Source: a virus | Lineage: Duplodnaviria > Caudoviricetes | Reading direction: 5' to 3' (one strand) | Length of the DNA: 44,815 nucleotides | IMG/VR virus record: IMGVR_UViG_3300037722_000268 | Location: 1-44,815 of that record | Part shown: piece by piece, positions 44,179-44,815 of the stretch | Position numbering within the stretch: the first letter of the stretch is position 1 | Layout of the letters: each line of letters opens with the position of its first letter | Translations under genes and position numbers: made by a program | Notes under the pieces: model-generated | Database searches by the model: none | Seen by the model: only the letters and a program-made list of their open reading frames with translations | Told to the model about the DNA's origin: nothing

Positions 44179-44397
44179 ATGCGAACTGAATGCTGTGGGT
44201 CTATGGAGACCGGGCAATGTCCCGACTGCCCGTATACATACCCGACTCGGCCATATCGGGGTTTCTGGACATCTCCAAATACCGGATGGGAATGCCCGCG
44301 CTGCCATAAAGTCAACGCCCCGAGCGTTGCGCAATGCGCCTGTCCTCCCCTATGGCAGGGCGTCATAGGGCCGGCTGGTGGAGCTTCCAATAGCTAG
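44179..44397 (+). CDS. small Cys-rich Zn-finger protein
   Basis: CPDC and GWECPRCHKVNAPSVAQC. Confidence 0.6.
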   Translation: MRTECCGSMETGQCPDCPYTYPTRPYRGFWTSPNTGWECPRCHKVNAPSVAQCACPPLWQGVIGPAGGASNS

Positions 44398-44517
44398 TTC
44401 CTTAAAGTGAGCAAACGATGACCCTGGCACAAAAGCGCGAACTATTCCGGCTCATCCTTCGCGGGATACCCAGGCCACTCGCCGAGGCGATGGTGCGCGG
44501 AGCATTCAGGGGCCCGT

Positions 44518-44802
44518 ATGGATAGGGACCGACCCGGATTCGGGCAGCCTTGCAACGGCTGCGGCCACTGCTGCCGCGAGGAAGCCTGCGACCTGTCCGT
44601 GCAGTACCTTAAGAGTACCGTCGCGCCCTGCATCGCCCTGGAGTTCGATGACGGGCGGTATTGGTGCGGCCTGATAAGGCATCCGGCAAAGTACCTCGGC
44701 CTCAAAGAGTGGGCGAACGAGTTTGCTCTTGCCGAGCTATCGCCGAAGTTCGCCTACATGCTCAGGCTTGGCGCTGGCTGCGATGCCGACTTCGGGCCAT
44801 AG
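44518..44802 (+). CDS. CxxCxxCC (YkgJ-like) Zn/Fe-S cluster protein
   Basis: CNGCGHCC...C...CIAL...C. Confidence 0.7.
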   Translation: MDRDRPGFGQPCNGCGHCCREEACDLSVQYLKSTVAPCIALEFDDGRYWCGLIRHPAKYLGLKEWANEFALAELSPKFAYMLRLGAGCDADFGP

Positions 44803-44815
44803 CTAGTATTAATAG

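Noticed and set aside
37411-44420. True integron with attC cassettes
   Set aside because: No GTTRRRY/RYYYAAC-bounded palindromes seen and the recombinase lacks an evident IntI-specific insertion; kept only as a weaker junction-motif finding
44689-44815. 127-bp terminal repeat as a biological direct terminal repeat
   Set aside because: The length equals a common assembler k-mer and it falls mid-gene, so it is best read as a circular-assembly overlap

Overview
The window is an apparently complete, circularly assembled, GC-rich temperate podovirus genome of about 44.7 kb (bases 1-127 are identical to 44689-44815, most likely an assembly overlap). Its layout is lambdoid with a P22-like virion. 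On the minus strand (33.2 kb down to 0.1 kb) lie cro, VRR-NUC, a primase-polymerase/helicase with an iteron-rich origin, terS/terL, portal, scaffold, major capsid, P22 gp4/gp10-like tail proteins, three ejection proteins, a tailspike and an M15-endolysin lysis cassette. On the plus strand (33.3-44.8 kb) lie a cI-like repressor, recombination genes, a tyrosine recombinase and about 25 small accessory ORFs. The most notable features are: (1) a candidate virion-glycosylation system in the head module (TPR + GT-B protein, two GT-A glycosyltransferases, NDP-sugar epimerase, methyltransferase, a Thr-rich repeat fibre and a 1176-aa lyase-like protein); (2) a 28-bp dif/Xer-like site inside the 3' end of the repressor gene, while the recombinase gene has no adjacent att space; (3) four copies of a bulged RNA hairpin upstream of the scaffold and capsid genes; (4) an RHH gene missing from the ORF track with a second divergent-promoter switch; (5) recurrent junction motifs across the accessory array; (6) a prepilin-mimic protein and a metzincin lipoprotein. 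All calls come from reading motifs and synteny by eye; no searches were run.
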